Shown here: piece after piece, positions 1 through 12,832 of the stretch
Numbering within the stretch: the stretch's first letter is position 1
How the letters are laid out: each line of letters starts with the position of its first letter
Notes under the pieces: model-generated
What the model was told of the DNA's origin: nothing
Database searches by the model: none
Seen by the model: only the letters and a program-made list of their open reading frames with translations
Source: Balanoglossus misakiensis
Lineage: Eukaryota > Animalia > Hemichordata
DNA: 64,000 nt
NCBI GenBank assembly: GCA_040954595.2
Contig: CM082579.2
Span: 14,918,550-14,982,549 of the forward strand
Reading direction: 5' to 3'
Made by a program: the position numbers and the translations under genes

Positions 1-29
1 GGAGTCGGACTATCGCTTTCAGAAGTGAA

Positions 30-905
30 GATTTTTTTTTACCAATAATGTGGAAAAAGACAAAAAAAATTAATAAACATTAGAAAATTCATAATATTAG
101 CTCACAACATACAGGACTGTATGGGGTTCATTGACATACCAATCTGACCAGTGGTTGTCAAGTTTCTGACTTTTGACCAATTTCACATTTACACAGGTAA
201 TATTTTGGCAATGACAATTTCATTTGAACAAAATCCCATCTACAGCCCCGCCTGCATCTACACACTAAATATGGAAGTGATATGCCCAGCGGTTTTCATC
301 CATTCACTCATACATACAAATGCAACTGATTCCATAAGGTCCCAATCGTATATATGTACATAAACCAAATGGGACCTAAAAATTGCTCCAAAATTATAAA
401 TACGCAATTTTTGGCAACAATTTAAACAAAACTATGGTTGGTAACTCAGATCACCTATGAAGCTTCATAATAAATTTCAAACAAGTCAGCTGATCAATTC
501 CAGAAAAGTAGGTTTTTACCGACAATGTGGAAAGAGACAAAAAAAATGCTTAAAAATAGAAAATTCACATTATTAGCTCACAACATGTAGAATTGTGAGA
601 GGATACCATAAGGTACATGCATACCAATTATCAATTTTGAAAGCAATTTGCCCAGTAGTTGTTGAGTTCCCAAGTTTTGACGAATTTGACACTTTCCCAG
701 CTAATTTGCATATTTTGGCAATGACAACTTCACTTAGACAAACTCCCATCTACTGCCCTGTCTGCACATTAAATATCAAGGTGAAATGCCAGTAGTTTCC
801 AAATGTTTGATGTTGATGGACATACAAACATCCATACATACAGGTGCAACTGATCCCGTAAGGTACCATGGTATAAATACATATACCAAATGGGACCTAA
901 TAATT
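30..905. repeat. Degenerate two-copy tandem repeat, period ~480-520 bp
   Basis: caataatgtggaaaaagacaaaaaaaat..agaaaattcataatattagctcacaacat (~43-110) recurs at ~522-587; tattttggcaatgacaa (~202/~712) and accaaatgggaccta (~364/~885) also recur. Confidence 0.7.
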
Positions 906-1639
906 CTGATAAAATGCGTACATACGTACATACATACAAGTCAGCAATAAGGAGATAGTGGGCTGGCACTGAGTGTCTATTTATATTGCAAATTATAAAC
1001 ATGCAGCAAGTGTAAAAACCACATGTACCTTCAACGTCCTTGGACAACACATTTTTGTAACTTTCCCAGATCAATGGCTAATATTACTTGCCAAAGGCGA
1101 CTAGAATTTTGGGGGCCTGATGCAAGTCTGATACATGTACTTCATGATTTAGAGATATGATGAAAATCCTGTCAACCGAATTACAGGGAAATCAGATTTT
1201 CCATGTAAAATCATATCACCCAAAAGTGTCAAAAATAATTTTGAAACAAAAAGTCTACTCAAAATCATACCAAAATTTAAATGTTAATGCAGTACGTTAG
1301 GCAAGCAATTTGAGAATGAAGAAACTTACAAAATAATTTATAAATTGTAAATAATTTACAAATGCCGCACACAAACTTACAATTACTACCATATTACTGA
1401 ACATGTTAAAAGGACATTGTACCAGCAGAGACATTGTGATCGAGCAATCCCCAAGATATACATGACATGGTCTAATTACAAATATTGAATATGTAAAATA
1501 TGTACACAACACTTCCAGTCTTACAGTACAGTCAGCTGCTTGTGAACAATAGTCATGTAGCTATTTCATCAAATTTACAGCCCAAGTCTTGCCTATACAA
1601 TTCTCCCTACTTTAAACACGTTTTAAGCTACCCTAAATG

Positions 1640-1950
1640 AGTGATGAAAATCTCATACGGTCGATAATTTCAAGATGGCCGATTTTTGCCATGTTAAAGA
1701 AATGGGAGTTCATAAGCTAAAATGATGATGGGTCATTCTTGAACTTTTTAACAGAAAAAATAGCAAAAGTGAAAAAAAGTTTAATATGCTAACTACCGAG
1801 ACAGAAATGTTTGACCGAAGGAAGTCATGAAATACAGTAAACATATCATTTCTTCTATCTCTTACTACAGTTGGTTATGGACTTTCCGCCCAGAATGCAA
1901 TGAGATTTGACACCTAGCGCAAAGTGAAAAACCTATTTAAGGCAGCCAGA
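1640..1950 (+). repeat. Dispersed interspersed repeat, unclassified
   Basis: ataagctaa..gggtcatt..gaactttttaacagaaaaaat..gtttgacc.aaggaagtcat..aggcagccag recurs at ~61851-62080 and partly at ~23330-23560 and ~48390-48620. Confidence 0.6.
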
Positions 1951-2368
1951 ATTTTCTGCATAGTATGACGGAAACATTTGTAAAGTCATGGCTAGCATGG
2001 GTTGGCAGGTTTATGGGACCCGCTCAGGTTCCCTCGAATAACACATAATGCATGATTGGTGACTGATTATTGTTTATTTGTTGATTTTGTCACATTTTCA
2101 GAAAAATCCCTATCAATCAGTCATATTTGTTTGGCCTTGCTATACAGCGCAATATGAATCTTGTTGACTGAAATTGTTGAGGATAGTGGTACATAAAGGT
2201 TACCAATTGGAAAATATTAAAATGATTATTAGTGGTGTCCAACTCTTCATGATAACCAGTTGTGGCTTGCCACCACCATAATTTTAAAAGGGTGACTTCA
2301 CTATTTGATGGGAAAAGGTAGCATTTACAAACAAGCTATGGAGCATGTATACAGCAAGGTGTGCTTAC

Positions 2369-2441
2369 CGGAAAGCGGTCTTGGATCAGGCCTAGGTATT
2401 CTCTTCCTCCTCCGGCATACGTTGAAATGCTGTGTTTAAGA
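2369..2441 (-). other. Candidate 73-nt spliced exon
   Basis: Minus-strand acceptor tatttgattcacAG and donor G|GTAAGCAC; one open frame reads LKHSISTYAGGGREYLGLIQDRFP. Confidence 0.4.
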
Positions 2442-2779
2442 CTGTGAATCAAATATATGCAAATATTAATTAGTAACCAATCAACCTTGCTTTAGAATTA
2501 TGTGGGCCATACAAATTAGTGAAAATATGCAAAACATGGTATAATATAGGGTCAGAAAAAATTTCCAGCCTGTTTGTGTCATGATTTACATTTTTCTTTC
2601 TGGCCTAAAGTATTGTTTTATTTCACTCTAAACAACATTACTTTCCTTCATGCGTCTAATATAATAACAGATCTCTTAGCCAGTTTGATTAAGCATAGTG
2701 TTGGACTAGCACACGTTCAGCCAAAGTTAAAGTATCTCACTGTGTATTGATATGGGAGTAATTTTAGCTATATGGTTAA

Positions 2780-3125
2780 AGGGACAAAGTCTCTCTGTCG
2801 CTGTCCTTTTTCCATTAATTATGTTTGATACAAGACACTGTTTATGTCAATGTACATTTGGATATATAGTGAATAAATGATCAACCACACAAAACTTCCA
2901 TCCCGCTTGTATGATATGAGAGTAAAAACTCGCCCAAAATGAATAAATGGTAAAGAACGATTATTCATTTTGGCGAGTATTTTTACTCTCGTGTCTACAA
3001 GTGGGACGGAAGTTGTGTGTGGCTGAACGTTCATTCACTATATATCTACATGTAGAATAACAAACGGTGTCTTGTATCAAATATAATTAATGGAAAAAGG
3101 GCAGCGAGAGAGAGACTTTGTCCCT
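2780..3125. mobile_element. TTAA-flanked palindromic MITE (Kolobok/T2-type)
   Basis: TTAA|agggacaaagtctctct...agagagactttgtccct|TTAA with long imperfect inverted arms; family members at 23699, 24657, 48766 and 49859, and a fragment near 5945-5978. Confidence 0.85.
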
Positions 3126-3367
3126 TTAAGGAAATGCATCCACATTTATTTTATGCTCCACGTGAAGATTTGAACTTGTGAGTTGTCCATCTAATTCATG
3201 ACATCACGATCATATCACAAGCAATCGAGGCCAGAATTCGAAGGGGAAAAAACAGGTACATTGTATTGAAAGCTGGAATATGTAAATTAGTTCGTAGACA
3301 TACATTTCTTCCTATTGTTTCGGTTGCAACACCCGATAAAAGCAAATATAAAGCAAGTCATGCTTAC

Positions 3368-3442
3368 CATTGAGCGGTCTTAAACTCGCCCCGGACAAGG
3401 AAGAGAATCCCGAGTTGAAACGCAGACAGTTTCAGGCAGCAT
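3368..3442 (-). other. Candidate 75-nt spliced exon, flanks similar to 2369-2441
   Basis: Acceptor tatttgattcacAG and donor G|GTAAGCAT; one open frame reads CCLKLSAFQLGILFLVRGEFKTAQ and is phase-compatible with the 2441-2369 exon. Confidence 0.4.
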
Positions 3443-3644
3443 CTGTGAATCAAATAGACATAGAAGTTAGTAACCAGTCATAGAAGCTCTGCGTGGCAGG
3501 GCTGCGTGTTAACGGCTATACCATAGCTCCCACTGGTAGCTTATAACAGTCTCAATGGTGCCAAAAATCTCCCCAACAACAAAACCAACCCTGGTCAGTT
3601 TATTCGCTATCGCTTTGCCTTAAAAGTTATACTGTAGTGTGTTA

Positions 3645-4060
3645 CCACAGGGGGCTCCTTCCTCCGCGATTTTATTGTTTGTTTGTTGTTGTTGATTGGC
3701 ATAATAAACAAATACATATTTCTTTATTAATAAATATGGTTTGTTGACATGTAAGTGTTAGGGTATATTCAACAGTTAGGGTTACTGTTGGCATTTTTTT
3801 CGATCCACGGCCCCGGGCATCACTAAGCCACAGGGGTTGGGGGGGGGGGGTTTGGGGGGGTGATGCCGGCCTTGGATCGAAAAAATGCCAACACTAATTC
3901 TAACCGTTGAATATACCATAACCTGTCAAATATACCCTAATAACCTAACCCTTACATGTCAACAAACCATATTTATTAATAAAGAAATATGTATTTGTTT
4001 ATTATGCCAATCAACAACAACAAACAAACAATAAAATCGCCTAGGGAGAGCCCCCTGTGG
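3645..4060. mobile_element. Palindromic MITE with 5-bp TSD
   Basis: TGTTA|ccacagggggctc...gagccccctgtgg|TGTTA; inverted arms ~180 bp around a G-rich centre. Confidence 0.8.
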
Positions 4061-6626
4061 TGTTACGGTACCACCTGCTCCACAATAACAAAGCTGACTC
4101 GAGCCAACGAACGACGTACAATTTACTCGCACGGTGTAATATAACGCACAAATTCCATGCGACTGTGAGTTTACTGTTTGGTGCTGTAACGCTTCCCAAA
4201 GTCAGAATTTCGATGTTGGGGGGACCCTCTCGCCCTACCACGACCAGTTTTTGCGAGAAGGAGTGTACATGTACTTGTAAAATAACATTAAATGCCATGC
4301 TTACCAGAGAAACGACATCATCAAGCATGGAGGCGACCGGGACCTCCATGCTTGATGAACGTCAAAGCTGCAATGATTTTTCAAATGCAATGGTCAGCGG
4401 TACGAGAACGAGGCACCAGCTGTGCGTCAATTATGCAACTTACTTACTACTCAATCAGAATCCTGCTTCAACATGACGTAACACTAATTAGTCAAAGAAT
4501 GCAATGCAACGTATGTGTGCGGGTGGAGAATGCGCCTCACGTCAATGCAGACACACCAGACACACACACTGAAATGCAAATTGAGGAATTATGTCACGGT
4601 GTTCTTTGGAAGTGCGAATGAATAAAATATTTCGTTTTCTTCAGTGTTTTTGTACTACAAAAAAAAATGCTAAAAAACGACTAGCAAGCGCTTATGCAAT
4701 GAAATACAAATAAATATAATTATCGCCAATTGGAAATGGAACGTCAATCCGCATTTGTCAAAAAATAACAGAAAAGACAAAGGAGCTGAGACGTCCTAAA
4801 ATAAAAGGAATGACCTCTCTGTTCTGACCTGTATGAGGAAGCCCTATTGTAATACGCAATATGTAGGATCATGCTACCATCCGCCATTCTGATTGGACGA
4901 GAGGTCAATCCATCGATACGAAAGTACTCAATAGAGCACTGCTAAAACTGGCCCCTGAACTAATAGCATGCAACAGGGAAAACGTGACTAAATAAAAAAA
5001 AATATAGCTGATAAATTTACGGACGGCCGGTTTATTTTTTAACTGCTCTATTGGAACTGTTGTCACTGTCATGCACGATGCATGTCTTGTTATTGCGCAC
5101 TCGTGTTAACATTCATCAGAGCGCCTTTCGATCAATTCGTAACGTTTACATTAGACTCGAGTTCATTTTCGTTATGAAAATGACATTGATATACACAAAG
5201 TCGATTACTGATATAAAATAATAGCAATAACCCTAACCATAGATTAGGCTATAGCATTCCGGTATTTTTTTCAATATCACTCAGGAAGGATTCTATAACA
5301 TTCTGTTTTGTATCGGGATGTATAATTTAATATCCATACTACAAAACAAATATCAGCGGTAACTCAGAAAATATTGTTGAAAATTTGTTCTCTGTAGGCC
5401 TAACCATGGTAAGATAATGCAATGCCGGTAAGTATTTTGGAAGTCAAGGTTGCATTGTATTGTCTGGTGTTCAAATAATCACAAACATCCCGGAAGACTA
5501 AATTCTTTCTGTCAAAACCACTTCTGCAACGACAAGAACTTTCAGGGCAGGCAAAACCATGGCATGAAGACGATATGAAGTCGATGAGTTAATGTTATGT
5601 TGAACCCGGCCACTTTACGTATCTTAACTATTCACACATTGACCATTCTATAATTCTCTCCCTTTTAATGTCTTCTTTGTGGTTTGTTTGTAAAAATGTT
5701 GCCTGTGTTGAAACTTGACTACTTGTCACTTTTGCCTACCAAGAATAATATGACCAAAAGGGGTGGCATGAAATTCTAGACTGTAACAAAACTCGATTTC
5801 ATGACCCAAAGTTTGATTTTATGTGTTTTTGGTTTGGACGTGGCAAAGACATGTAAATTCCGACCACCTATACACCATCCATACATGTATGAATCGACAT
5901 CATTTATTGCACGAGAGACTTCAAGCAAGCATTCCATCATCGCAAAAGGACAAAGAGAGAGCGACTTTGTCTCTTTAAATTAATTTAGCAAGTTCAAAGT
6001 GAATGCCCACATGAAAACCTTTACTCAGCAATTTTTTTTGTAATTAATAAAACTAGGTTTGGTATGTTTTTGCGCTTGTTTTATTTTCCTTTTGTCTATA
6101 AATAGTCGTATATTTTAAAACAGCTAAAATGAGTCAAATGGGGCATTTTTCCATCCCACCTCATCCTAGCTAAGAGCTTCAGTGCCGGTCACCTCCACAA
6201 AATTAATTTACCACGAACAAATTGAAATACAGCCAATCGGAAAAAGTGCGCCAACACATGGTCATTTGAAGACTTTTATGCTCTCTTCTGGCCGTAAACG
6301 CATGTGATCTGGAATAAATCGAACATCGATCGTGTTTTATTTATTTTCACCACCAGCGAAAATCTACGACGGCCCAACCGCAGATTATTGCTGCTCCATA
6401 CAACAACCGGCTTAAACTGTTCTGTGCATGTGTTTTGTGTTCTGGTGGCGTTTGCGGGTCTGAGACGTCATTTGTAGAAGGCCCTATTCGTTTTCTACCA
6501 ATAACTTTTACCAACCATGCTAGAACTATTTCGTTTTCTTTGACGACGCTTGACACTTTTCTTGCTTTGTTGTTAGTACATGTAGTTTGTTTGTTCGTTA
6601 CGTCTGTTACTGGGGTTCTTCACTTG

Positions 6627-9600
6627 TAGTCTGGTTACACTATGAGATAGGTGCCGTTAATCAGAATTTTTGGTAAGGAAGGTTTGAGAAGTCCATTCTA
6701 TGTAAAAAATGGTGCTCATTCCAAAAAAGTCAGTCTTATTAACCCCACTCAAGACAAAATTGCCATTTTGGCCATTTTTAACCCCAAAATGGTCTTTTTT
6801 TAGAAAACACTAAAAACACATTGTTTTCGTCACATTCTGAGATCTGATAACATATGATATGCTTATTCTATGTAAAATTTGGTGAATATTACGAAAAAAG
6901 TAGTTCGATTGACCCAAAACAACAGAAAATTGCCTTTTTGACCAATTTTTGCCCCAAAAACGTCATTTTTAGAAAAAAAATAAAACACACGGTTTTCTTC
7001 ATAATGATTGATCTGGTGATATATGGAAAGTCAATTCTATGTTAAAAGTGGTGACTTTAAAAAATAAAGCAGTCTTTTTGACCTCAATCAATACAAAAAT
7101 GCCATTTTTGTCCACTTTTTGTGGTCAAAAAAGGTCATTTTTACAAAAAAACTAAAAATAGATTGTGTTTATCATATTCAGAGATCTTTGGATATATGAA
7201 ATGTCCATTCTATGTAAAAAATGGTGCTGATTCCAGAAATAGCAGTCTTATTGACCCTACTCAAGAAAAAATGCCATTTTTGCCACTTTTTGCCCCAAAA
7301 CGTCATTTTCAGAAAACACACAAAATTTATATATTTTCTTCACTTTCGGAGATCTGATAATGTATTATATGCCCACCCTATGTAAAATCTGGTGATTATT
7401 CGAAAAAAGCAGATTTATTGACCCAACCTAATGCAAAAATGCCCTTTTGGAAAGTTTTTGCCCCAAAAGGCCATTTTTAGAAAAAAATTTAAAAACAAAC
7501 TTTTCTTCATAAAGCTCAGAGATCATGTGATATATGAAATGTTCATCCTATGTAAAAAATGGTGCTGATTCCAGAAATAGCAGTCTTATTGATCCTACTC
7601 AAGAAAAAATGCCATTTTGCCACTTTTTGCCCCCAAAACGTCATTTTCAGAAAACACTCAAAATTTATATATTTTCTTCACTTTCGGAGATCTGATAATG
7701 AATTATATGCCCACTGTATGTGAAAAAATTCCAAAAAAGCAGTTTTATTGATGCCACTCAAGATAAAAGTGCCTTTTTGGCAAGTTTTTGCTCAAAAAGT
7801 GTCATTTCTAGAAAATACGAAAATTATGCCATTTTCTTCCCATTGGTGATCAAATGATAATAAAAGTACTAAAAAACCCACTCTTACTGACCCCACTGAG
7901 GGAAAAAAATATCATTTTGGCCTCTTTGCTCAAAAAGGTAACTGTTAGAAAAAATAAATACAAACTTATTCCTTTATATTCAGAGCCCTTGTGATGTATG
8001 TAAATTCGTTTTTTTTTTTGTGTGTGTGTGCAAAAAATATGCTGATACCAGCACAACGGTCTTATTGAGACACCCCGCTCAGTACAAAATTGCCATTTAG
8101 CCATCTTTTGGTCAACAATAGGCATTTTCAGAAAACAAATATAATTGATGTTTTTGCCTTTTGTGTTCTGATGTTGTATATGCATATTTAAAACGCCATA
8201 ACCATATAATGTCAATTAAATTGATGATATTGAAAGACAGGGTTGCCACAATTTGGCAAATTTAGCCCAAAACTGAACTTAACAATAAGATGATCCATGT
8301 ATACGCACTGTCTACTATAAGTCGATTATGCGTGGTGTGGAATATTTAGGTTCAGATATGCCAGCTCGGGAGAGAGTGTTGAAATTTATTCTCTTCAATC
8401 TGAATACAAAATCAGAAATTATATTATAATTTATATCATGATACCTCCGTCATACTGATTGGACAGGAGTGCAACGATGCTAGAATACTCAATAGAGCAC
8501 TGCTAAAACTGGCCCCTGAACTAGCACGCAGCAGGGAAAATATGGGTTTAAACTAAATAAACATAAAACCCTTGACGTTTTAATTTGGAACTGCTGTATG
8601 GGAATATTTGGGCAATGTGCAATGCCTTTCTTTTGTCATCTGTATCATGTTTAGAGCTTGGTCCCGGGCGGCGTGTTTACATTCATTGACGCGAGTTTTG
8701 TTCCATTCGTAACTTCTTTTCCTCTCGACGCTGTTTCATCATCATTATGAGTTCAACTTGGGCTAATTTTGCAAAATCTCCAAATACAAACATTTTTTCG
8801 GTACAAAATGGCTAAAATGATAATTTTTTCTTGAGTAGATCTATTTTTGGCTACAAATAGCAAAAAAGGCAATTTTGACAACCAGAGTGCCGTTTTTGGA
8901 ATAGTCACCAAATTTTACACAGAATGGACTTTTCATACATGATCAGATCTCTGAATATGAAGAAAACAATTTGTCTTTAGTTTGTTTGTTTTTAATGAAC
9001 ATTTTTGACCAAAAAAGTGGCCGAAATTACAAATTTCAATTGAATAGGGTAAGTAAGACTTCCGTTTTTGGAACAGTAACCACGTTTCAATATAGAATGG
9101 GCTTTTATTTATAATAAGATCACCGAAAGTGAAGAAAAGAGAATGCTTATTAATATATTCTTAAAAATAACAATTTTGTGCAAAACTTAGCCAAAAAGGT
9201 GATTTCATCATGGTTGAGGTAATTAAGACTGCATTTCTGGAATCAACACCTATTTTACAATTAATGTACTTTTCACACATCATAGAATCTCCAAATAAGA
9301 ATCAAACAGTTTGTTTATAATGATTTTCGAAAAGTGGCTTTTTGGGCAAAAACTTGTCAAAAAAGCACTGTTTTCTTGAGTGGCGCTAGTAATTTTTTTT
9401 TGAATTTTTTCACATAGAGTGGGTACATAATACATCATCATCTCCGAAAGTGAAGAAAATATAAAAGTTTTGGGTGTTTTCTAGAAATGACACTTTTTGG
9501 GCAAAAACTTGCCAAAGGGCACTTTTATCTTGGGTGGCATCAATAAAACTGCTTTTTTGGAAATTTTTCACATAAAGTGGGCATATAATACATTATCAGA

Positions 9601-10520
9601 TCTCCGAAAGTGAAGAAAATATATAAATTTTGAGTGTTTTCTGAAAATGACGTTTTTGGGGCAAAAAGTGGCAAAAATGGCATTTTTTCTTGAGTAGGAT
9701 CAATAAGACTGCTATTTCTGGAATTAGCACCATTTTTTACATAGTTTGAACACTTCATATATCACATGATCTCTGAGCTTTATGAAGAAAAGTTTGTTTT
9801 TAATTTTTTTTTTCTAAAAACGGCCTTTTTGGGTAATAACTTTCCAAAAGGGCATTTTTGCATTAGGTTGGGTCAATAAATCTGCTTTTTTGGAATAATC
9901 ACCAAGTTTTACATAGGATGGGCATATAAGTGAAGAAAATATATAAATTTTGAGTGTTTTCTAAAAATGACGTTTTGGGGCAAAAAGTGGCAAAAATGGC
10001 ATGTTTTTTCTTGAGTAGGGTCAATAAGACTTTTAACATAGAATTGACTTTCCATATATCACCAGATCAACTATTATGAAGAAAACCGTGTTTTTTAATT
10101 TTTTTCTAAAAATGACGTTTTTTTGGCAAAAAATGGTCAAAAAGGCAATTTTCTGTTGTTTTGGGTCAATCGAACTATTTTTTCGTAATATTCACCAAAT
10201 TTTACATAGAATAGGCATATCATATGTCATCAGATCTTAGAATGTGACGAAAGTGTGTTTTTAGTGTTTTCTAAAAAAACACCATTTTTGGGTTAAAAAT
10301 GGCCAAAATGGCAATTTTGTCTTGAGTGGGGTCAATAAGACTGACATTTTTGGAATCAGCACCATTTTTTACATAGAATGGACCTCTCAAACCTTCCTTA
10401 CCAAAAATTCTGATTAACGGCATCTAGCTCCTGGACTAGGTCCCCTGCCCCATTCCCACTGCCATCGGCGCTACGCTCAAGGGCGCAGCCAGCGGTGGGA
10501 ATGGGGCAGGGAACAGACTA
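6627..10520. mobile_element. Composite element with TAGTCTG..CAGACTA ends and 9-bp TSD (Academ-like termini)
   Basis: CTTCACTTG at 6618-6626 and 10521-10529 flanks tagtctg/cagacta; GC-rich hairpin at 10441-10512; encloses the foldback element. Confidence 0.6.
6644..10430. mobile_element. Foldback-type non-autonomous DNA element, ~1.6-kb inverted arms made of ~170-bp subrepeats
   Basis: gagataggtgccgttaatcagaatttttggtaaggaaggtttgaga (6644) is the near-exact reverse complement of 10385-10430; the ttctatgtaaaa..ggtg motif recurs at ~6692, 6865, 7031, 7205, 7373, 7543 and 7711 and is mirrored in ~8790-10380. Confidence 0.85.
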
Positions 10521-10624
10521 CTTCACTTGTGGAATAAAGTGCTCATTTCTTGTGTATCTGCATTTTGTCGATGTTATCGCTCCTCTGGCAGAGAAGCCAG
10601 GGTGCTAGCTGTTGGCTTTAATAA

Positions 10625-10880
10625 GGGACTGTTCAGAATTTACTTCCAGGGGGCGGAGAATTTTCAGAGGGGGGGGGGGGGACCACCCATTTTCTCCAAG
10701 ACAAATTAGGGGAGACTAGACATAAAAGTCACAATAGGGGGACCATGGAAAATCCCCAGGAAATTTAAGGGGGGACCACATATTTCCTCCACAATTTACT
10801 AGGGGAGACCATGGGAAAAAATCACCAGGAAAATAAAAAATCCTCCATCCCCAACTTGGAAGTAAATTCTGAACAGTCCT
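10625..10880. mobile_element. MITE, PIF/Harbinger-like
   Basis: TIR ggactgttcagaatttacttcca / tggaagtaaattctgaacagtcc; flanks TAA / TCA (imperfect 3-bp TSD); internal ggg(g)accat subrepeats. Confidence 0.7.
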
Positions 10881-12639
10881 TCATGGTTGTTTGTTTGTTT
10901 GTTTGCCTGTTTGTTTATTCGTATCTTTGTTTGTTTGTGTATTCTATCTCATTTAATATGATGCTTCTGTCACATTTGGCATTTACTGTCGCATAAACAA
11001 TGACCGAACCGACTCGACTGCGTTTGGATGCACGATGGACTTAAGAGTGAATCCATCGGTGTTTACCGGCCAAAACAAAACCGTTTGATTTCTTTAACAC
11101 TGTTGCAACAAGTGAGACCCTAGTACATATAGTATATAAATCAGAAGTCCGGTGCATGTTTGCCAGTGACACCTACCACAAAATGGTATCGCCCAAATAA
11201 TGTTGGGCGCGCCCGTGGAAGTTATAAGCCCGGCGCTTTTTCCTCATGATTAATAAAACAGTTAACACAACATTGGAAATTCAGCCAATTTGTCCCTGTT
11301 TTGTAGAAATAGTGCGAGCTATACATGGCGAAAAGTTTTTCAAAAAATAGATCAAAATGGGAATTCAAATTAGTGAATATTATTGGCACTTACAGAGTTT
11401 TAATTCAAAATAGAGGATTCATTCCAATGAATATGCAAGTCAAGAAGTCACATAGGGATCATGAAAATGACCTATTGATCATGTCATGATGATTATGTAC
11501 AAGAGAGAAGTAAAAAACTGGTTATTGCTTGAATTTCATGTTTCTTTTTAATCAGATGTAGTCAACAGTCTTTCAACAAGTCTATAACATGATTTTGAAA
11601 TGATTTTCAAAAGTACACAATTCCATATGAAAATGTTACTTTAAGATTTGTAAATTTTTCTGTATATTTGAGTTCACGTGCATAGGCTGACTCAAACATT
11701 CTTTGCATCAACATTTACCGTCCTTTCAAAAATCTTGCCTGTAGTCCAGGTTTTACATTTGCACTTAATAGCATTATAACACCATCATGTCATCCACATG
11801 TTACCCTCACAGCCAGTCACTGTGTGTATATTGTGATTCATGAAGTACATGTAGTGCTACATATTTTTGTGGAGATGAGACACACACACACATAGCAACC
11901 GATAGACAGACTACTTGATAATATGCTCTGACTGATCCCTAAAGCTGAAACTTGTATGTGTTTGTACATACAACACAAAGGAACTAAAAATAGGGCATTC
12001 ACATAGGGACCATTGAAAGTTTTCTGAAACATCTCAACTCAAACATTGACATAAAAAATACTTTGTGAACAATTAAAGTCTTCCTGGAACGTTTCAGATT
12101 TGAGACGGTTTTGCCAGCCAGACCTGATCCGGTGTAATGATTAACACCTCTTCGCAACCCATTGTCTATGGGGCCGAGCCTCGCAGTGCCTATACATAAA
12201 CTTTGTGTGTGTGGACACAAACGACTCAAAGGATTAATGCTCTGTGTTTACCATAGGCAAATAGTGTCTCAAATTTTTCCCTGCCTGAACCTGGTATCTG
12301 AAATGTTTCTCATTTTACCCAGTGTAAACATGGTGAAAGACAAAATGTCCTATACCTGTATAACATAGATCATAAATTTATAATACCAGGGTTTACTTGG
12401 TCTGATTGAAGCTCTGTAATTGGTTGAAGCAAGGGTTTTTATTACATATGTACCGTCGATTACTTGCACCGAGCGCGCGCGTAACATCGGTATTTGCACT
12501 CAGTGCAATACCAAAAACATTATGCTATACCTGTATGCAAATGAGTGGCCTGTTCACGAAACAAGCAATATCATTCCGCGGTCTCATTTCTTTCATTTTC
12601 GGTCTTTTTTTCAAAATGGGATGAACATATGTAATAAAA

Positions 12640-12832
12640 ACAGAACCCCATGGCTCAATCGTGCAAGCACGGCGTACCGGTAGTATTTGCACTCGTGCTG
12701 GCGGTGTATTCTTGCTGCCCCCCGCACGAGCGACAGCGAGTGCATGGGACGGGCGCAAGAATACACCGCCAGACACTCGATGCAAATACTACCGTTACGC
12801 CGTGCTTGCACGATCGAGCCATGGGGTTCTGT
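12640..12832. repeat. Long palindrome (~90-bp arms), Crypton-like non-autonomous hairpin element
   Basis: acagaaccccatggctc.atcgtgcaagcacggcgta..ggtagtatttgca..tggcggtgtattcttgc is mirrored around gagcgacagcgag; family assignment is inference. Confidence 0.7.

Noticed and set aside
4041-4621. Overlapping 100-139 aa ORFs
   Set aside because: No recognisable domain; overlapping on both strands and partly running into a MITE
6854-9758. Short K/F-rich ORFs
   Set aside because: Translations of foldback subrepeats
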